The notes beneath the pieces are model-generated. The model was not told the DNA's origin and did no database searches. It worked only from the letters and a program-made list of their open reading frames with translations. Position numbers and translations under genes: made by a program. This document shows positions 16,732 to 20,000 of a stretch of DNA of 20,000 nt, piece by piece (within the stretch, counting starts at the first letter, position 1; each line of letters starts with the position of its first letter). The stretch is from sequence record SRR22947727_3660; one strand, given 5' to 3'.

Positions 16732-17949
16732 CTACTCGTATACGCGTTGATCTTCGATCACCAAACCATCGCGCGGTAAGCTGCCAGGGGCCACAAGCTC
16801 AACATTGCCCGTCAGCTTAAGATGACTTTTCACCAATCCATCAAAATCAGAGGCCGCGGATAGGGTGGTTTCCAGCTGCACGATCATTTCATCCTTAGCA
16901 CCGTTTCGTCGGGCAATGATGCGCGCGCGATCCAAAGCATCATGCGAGGCCACCAATGCCGCCACTTGTTCGGGGCGCACGAACATACCCTTAATTTTGG
17001 TGGTTTGATCGGCGCGGCCCATCCAACCCTTTATCCGCAGATTGCTGCGCCCGCAGGGTGATTTTCCGGGTAATACGGCGCTAAGATCACCCGTTGCAAA
17101 ACGAATAAGGGGATAATCAGGGTTCAGCACCGTCACCACAACTTCTCCCACTTCGCCATCCGCAACTGGAGTGCCAGTACCGGGCGTCACGATTTCCACC
17201 AGCACGCCTTCATCAACAATCATACCCTCTTGGGCAGATGATTCATACGCGATATTGCCAAGATCCGCCGTTGCATAACATTGCAAACAGGCGATGCCGC
17301 GATCAGTATATTCCTGGCGCAGCGCGGGAAATAACGCCCCGCCACCCACAACCGCTTTGCGGATTGATAAGCTTTCCCCCATCTCATCGGCTTTATCTAA
17401 AATAATCTTCAAATAATCCGGCGTGCCCGCATAGGCGGTTGTGCCAATATCAACCGCAGCGCGCACCTGCAGATCGGTTTGTCCGACGCCCGCCGGTAAA
17501 ACCGCAGCCCCGACCGCCCGCGCGCCATTTTCAAAAATCATTCCGGCAGGGGTTAAATGATAGCCAAAACAGTTCTGAACGATATCCCCCCGCCCAATGC
17601 CAGCCGCATGCAAAAACCGGCCCATGCGCCACCAATCATGCCCGGTGCCGCCAGGTTCATAAAGGGGGCCCGGGGATTGGAATATGTGACTGAATTCATA
17701 GATGGGTTTTTGGACAAATCCGCCTAAAATATTTCCCGGCTTTTGCGCATTGCTTAATTCTGATTTTCGCAAAACTGGCAGAGTCGCCAATGCCTGTACA
17801 TCCGTAATCTCGCTGGCCGTCACCCGCTCGAGCCGATCCGCATAGCCCGGCAATTGCTTGGCATGGGCAATTTGTGCGGGCAAAGCCTCTGCAATATAGG
17901 CGGCACGCTGCTCTGATGTTTGGGTTTCAAGGCCGTCGTAATAGCGCAT
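16732..17949 (-). CDS. Phenylacetate--CoA ligase (PaaK)-like AMP-binding protein, 405 aa
   Basis: LPVLRKSEL, NCFGYHLTPAG, YAGTPDYL, YATADLG, PLIRFATGDL, GRADQTTKIKGMFVRP; start ATG 17949 after GGAG. Confidence 0.85.
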   Translation of the reverse strand: MRYYDGLETQTSEQRAAYIAEALPAQIAHAKQLPGYADRLERVTASEITDVQALATLPVLRKSELSNAQKPGNILGGFVQKPIYEFSHIFQSPGPLYEPGGTGHDWWRMGRFLHAAGIGRGDIVQNCFGYHLTPAGMIFENGARAVGAAVLPAGVGQTDLQVRAAVDIGTTAYAGTPDYLKIILDKADEMGESLSIRKAVVGGGALFPALRQEYTDRGIACLQCYATADLGNIAYESSAQEGMIVDEGVLVEIVTPGTGTPVADGEVGEVVVTVLNPDYPLIRFATGDLSAVLPGKSPCGRSNLRIKGWMGRADQTTKIKGMFVRPEQVAALVASHDALDRARIIARRNGAKDEMIVQLETTLSAASDFDGLVKSHLKLTGNVELVAPGSLPRDGLVIEDQRVYE

Positions 17950-18057
17950 GTTTACACTCCAGATCCTGGCCCGCTCTTTTCGGCAGGCCCAATCATGATA
18001 ATTTTTATCAAACCGCACATTGGCTGGCGGCCCTACAGTTACCCCTTAAAATTGGGG

Positions 18058-18882
18058 TTAGTTTAACCACCGCTTGCGCCGCCGATAGCTGCGCACATTG
18101 CGGAAGGATTTGCGGCCCTCATCCGACATGCCCAGATAAAATTCCTTCACATCAGGGTTTTCGCGCAATTCCGCAGCCGGTCCATCCATGACCACACGGC
18201 CAGATTCTAAAATATACCCATAATGCGCATAGCGCAGCGCGACATTGGTATTCTGCTCAGCCAGAAGGAAGGTCACCCCTTCCTTTTCATTTAAATTTCG
18301 TACAATTTGAAAAATCTCTTCCACCAATTGCGGCGCCAACCCCATAGACGGCTCATCCAGCAAAACAGTTTCAGGTTGTGACATCAAAGCACGGCCAATT
18401 GCACACATCTGTTGTTCGCCACCAGACGTGTAGCCAGCTTGGGATTTGCGGCGCTCTTTCAAACGCGGGAAATACGTATAGACCATATCCAAATCGGCTT
18501 GGATATCGGCTTTGCTATCGCTGCGCGTATAAGCGCCAGTCAACAGATTTTCTTCGACGGTCAAATGCTCAAAACAATGCCGCCCTTCCATCACTTGAAT
18601 CACGCCACGCTTTACCATATCCGCCGGATCTGCGCCGTGAATTTCAGCCCCGCGATAGCTGACAAAGCCTTTTGTCACTTCGCCGCGCTCAGAATTTAAA
18701 AGATTTGAAATCGCTTTCAAAGTGGTGGTTTTGCCGGCTCCATTTCCGCCAAGCAACGCCACGATACCACCTTTTGGAACGGCAAGCGACACACCTTTCA
18801 GAACCAAAATTACGTGATTATAGATCACCTCTATATTGTTCACGTCCAAAAGCACTTCTGACTTTTCAGTTTCAACAACCAT
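18058..18882 (-). CDS. Liv-type ABC transporter ATP-binding protein (LivF-like), 274 aa
   Basis: Walker A GGNGAGKTT, signature SGGEQQM, Walker B LLDEPSMGLAP, EQN switch; start ATG 18882 after AAAGGTG. Confidence 0.93.
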   Translation of the reverse strand: MVVETEKSEVLLDVNNIEVIYNHVILVLKGVSLAVPKGGIVALLGGNGAGKTTTLKAISNLLNSERGEVTKGFVSYRGAEIHGADPADMVKRGVIQVMEGRHCFEHLTVEENLLTGAYTRSDSKADIQADLDMVYTYFPRLKERRKSQAGYTSGGEQQMCAIGRALMSQPETVLLDEPSMGLAPQLVEEIFQIVRNLNEKEGVTFLLAEQNTNVALRYAHYGYILESGRVVMDGPAAELRENPDVKEFYLGMSDEGRKSFRNVRSYRRRKRWLN

Positions 18883-18902
18883 TGTGTCACCTTTGTAAAG
18901 AA

Positions 18903-18931
18903 TGAACGGCTGCAATACCTGCAGCCGTTCA
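18903..18931. other. Perfect 12-bp stem-loop between the substrate-binding gene and the LivF-like gene
   Basis: TGAACGGCTGCA-atacc-TGCAGCCGTTCA. Confidence 0.75.
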
Positions 18932-18937
18932 ACTGGT

Positions 18938-20000
18938 TTAGTTACATCTTTCGGAGATGTTATTTTCTTTGGCGAACGCTTGTGAATCCGCTTGGATTAG
19001 CGGGTTGATCAAACCCATATCCGCCTCAAGATAGCCAGAAATCAGCTTCCATTTTCCTGCGCTTGCATCCCATTGCGACACAGCGCCAAGGCCGGGCCCA
19101 CCATGGTTTTCGCATGATACAGAGAAGGCCGGGCCAACATTGGCCAATCCATGCTCCGCCATCAGCGCGTCGGAGATGTCCAACGCTTCCATGCCTTTGA
19201 TCATATCAGCCTGAGAAATATCTGCCGTTCCAGTGATTTCCTGCGCTTTCACAATCGCCATATGGGTCAAAAACGCCATGTAAAGCGACCGATTATACAT
19301 CACGGTGCCCAGATTATCCCCCGCTCCTGCTGCCTTTCCGGCATCAACAACGTATTTTTGGATATCCGCATAGATGTCAAAATCGCTGCCTGTGTCATTC
19401 ATCACCAATGACTTATAGCCATCTGCAACATCCCCTGCTGGGATCACATCATGTTCTGCGCCAGCCCACCAGTTTCCGATGAAGTTTTCCATCGGGAAGC
19501 GCACATTTGCCGCTTCTTGAATGGCAACTTGGTTCATCACGCCAAAACCCCACATGATCACATAATCAGGGCGTTCACGGCGGATCTGCAACCATTGTGA
19601 CTTTTGTTCTTGGCCAGGGTGATCAACCGGGATCAATGTCAGCTCGAACTTATGCTTTTTAGAAAGCTCTTCCAGCGTACGAATAGGCTCTTTGCCGTAG
19701 GCTGAGTTGTGATACAGCAACGCGATATGCTTGCCGTCAAGGCTACCAGAATTTTCATTCAGCAGATAATTCACCCCAGCTGATGCCGCCGTCCAGTAAT
19801 TTGCTGGATAATTGAAAATATTGGAAAATATCTTCCCGTTTGCGGCAGATGTCCGCCCGTACCCCATGCTGTGCAGCGCGATACCATCCGCTGTTACTTT
19901 GGGGATCAGCTGATACGTAATACCGGTGCTTAAGGGATGATACACCAAAGAGCCTTCCGCTTTGGTTGATTCATAACATTCCACACCTTTTTCGGTGTTA
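18938..20000 (-). CDS. Liv-type ABC transporter substrate-binding protein, 5' end beyond the window
   Basis: PLSTGITYQLIPK, SMGYGRT, IALLYHNSAYGKEPI, HPGQEQKSQWLQIRR; directly upstream of the LivF-like ATPase. Confidence 0.88.
   Translation of the reverse strand, partial: NTEKGVECYESTKAEGSLVYHPLSTGITYQLIPKVTADGIALHSMGYGRTSAANGKIFSNIFNYPANYWTAASAGVNYLLNENSGSLDGKHIALLYHNSAYGKEPIRTLEELSKKHKFELTLIPVDHPGQEQKSQWLQIRRERPDYVIMWGFGVMNQVAIQEAANVRFPMENFIGNWWAGAEHDVIPAGDVADGYKSLVMNDTGSDFDIYADIQKYVVDAGKAAGAGDNLGTVMYNRSLYMAFLTHMAIVKAQEITGTADISQADMIKGMEALDISDALMAEHGLANVGPAFSVSCENHGGPGLGAVSQWDASAGKWKLISGYLEADMGLINPLIQADSQAFAKENNISERCN

Noticed and set aside
1..20000. CRISPR arrays, tRNA/rRNA genes, defence or toxin-antitoxin systems
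   Set aside because: No spaced repeats, cloverleaf or rRNA signatures, or matching proteins; intergenic gaps are short and otherwise explained.

Overview
Mostly core-genome DNA from a marine-type Rhodobacteraceae (Roseobacter-group) alphaproteobacterium, judged from protein styles and gene order; GC is roughly low-to-mid 50s % by eye. Gene order: partial Ser/Thr dehydratase, ppk2, a more AT-rich two-gene block encoding a predicted exported heterodimeric M16B (inverzincin) peptidase, aldR (Lrp) divergent from ald, mscL, ytoQ-like, pheT, pheS, rplT, rpmI, pyk, DUF1244, gltX, a DadA-like FAD oxidoreductase, then the end of a Liv-type ABC operon (substrate-binding protein, LivF) followed by a PaaK-like CoA ligase. 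No RNA genes, transposases, integrases or CRISPR arrays were seen. The most unusual element is the M16 pair: the HxxEH subunit has an in-frame C10 homopolymer, and the lipoprotein R/Y subunit is interrupted by one in-frame TAA 67 codons before its apparent true end. Non-coding candidates include a structured rpmI-rplT leader, a CceR-like operator at pyk, and a 13-bp inverted repeat bracketing the rplT terminator. All calls come from motif recognition; no searches were run.
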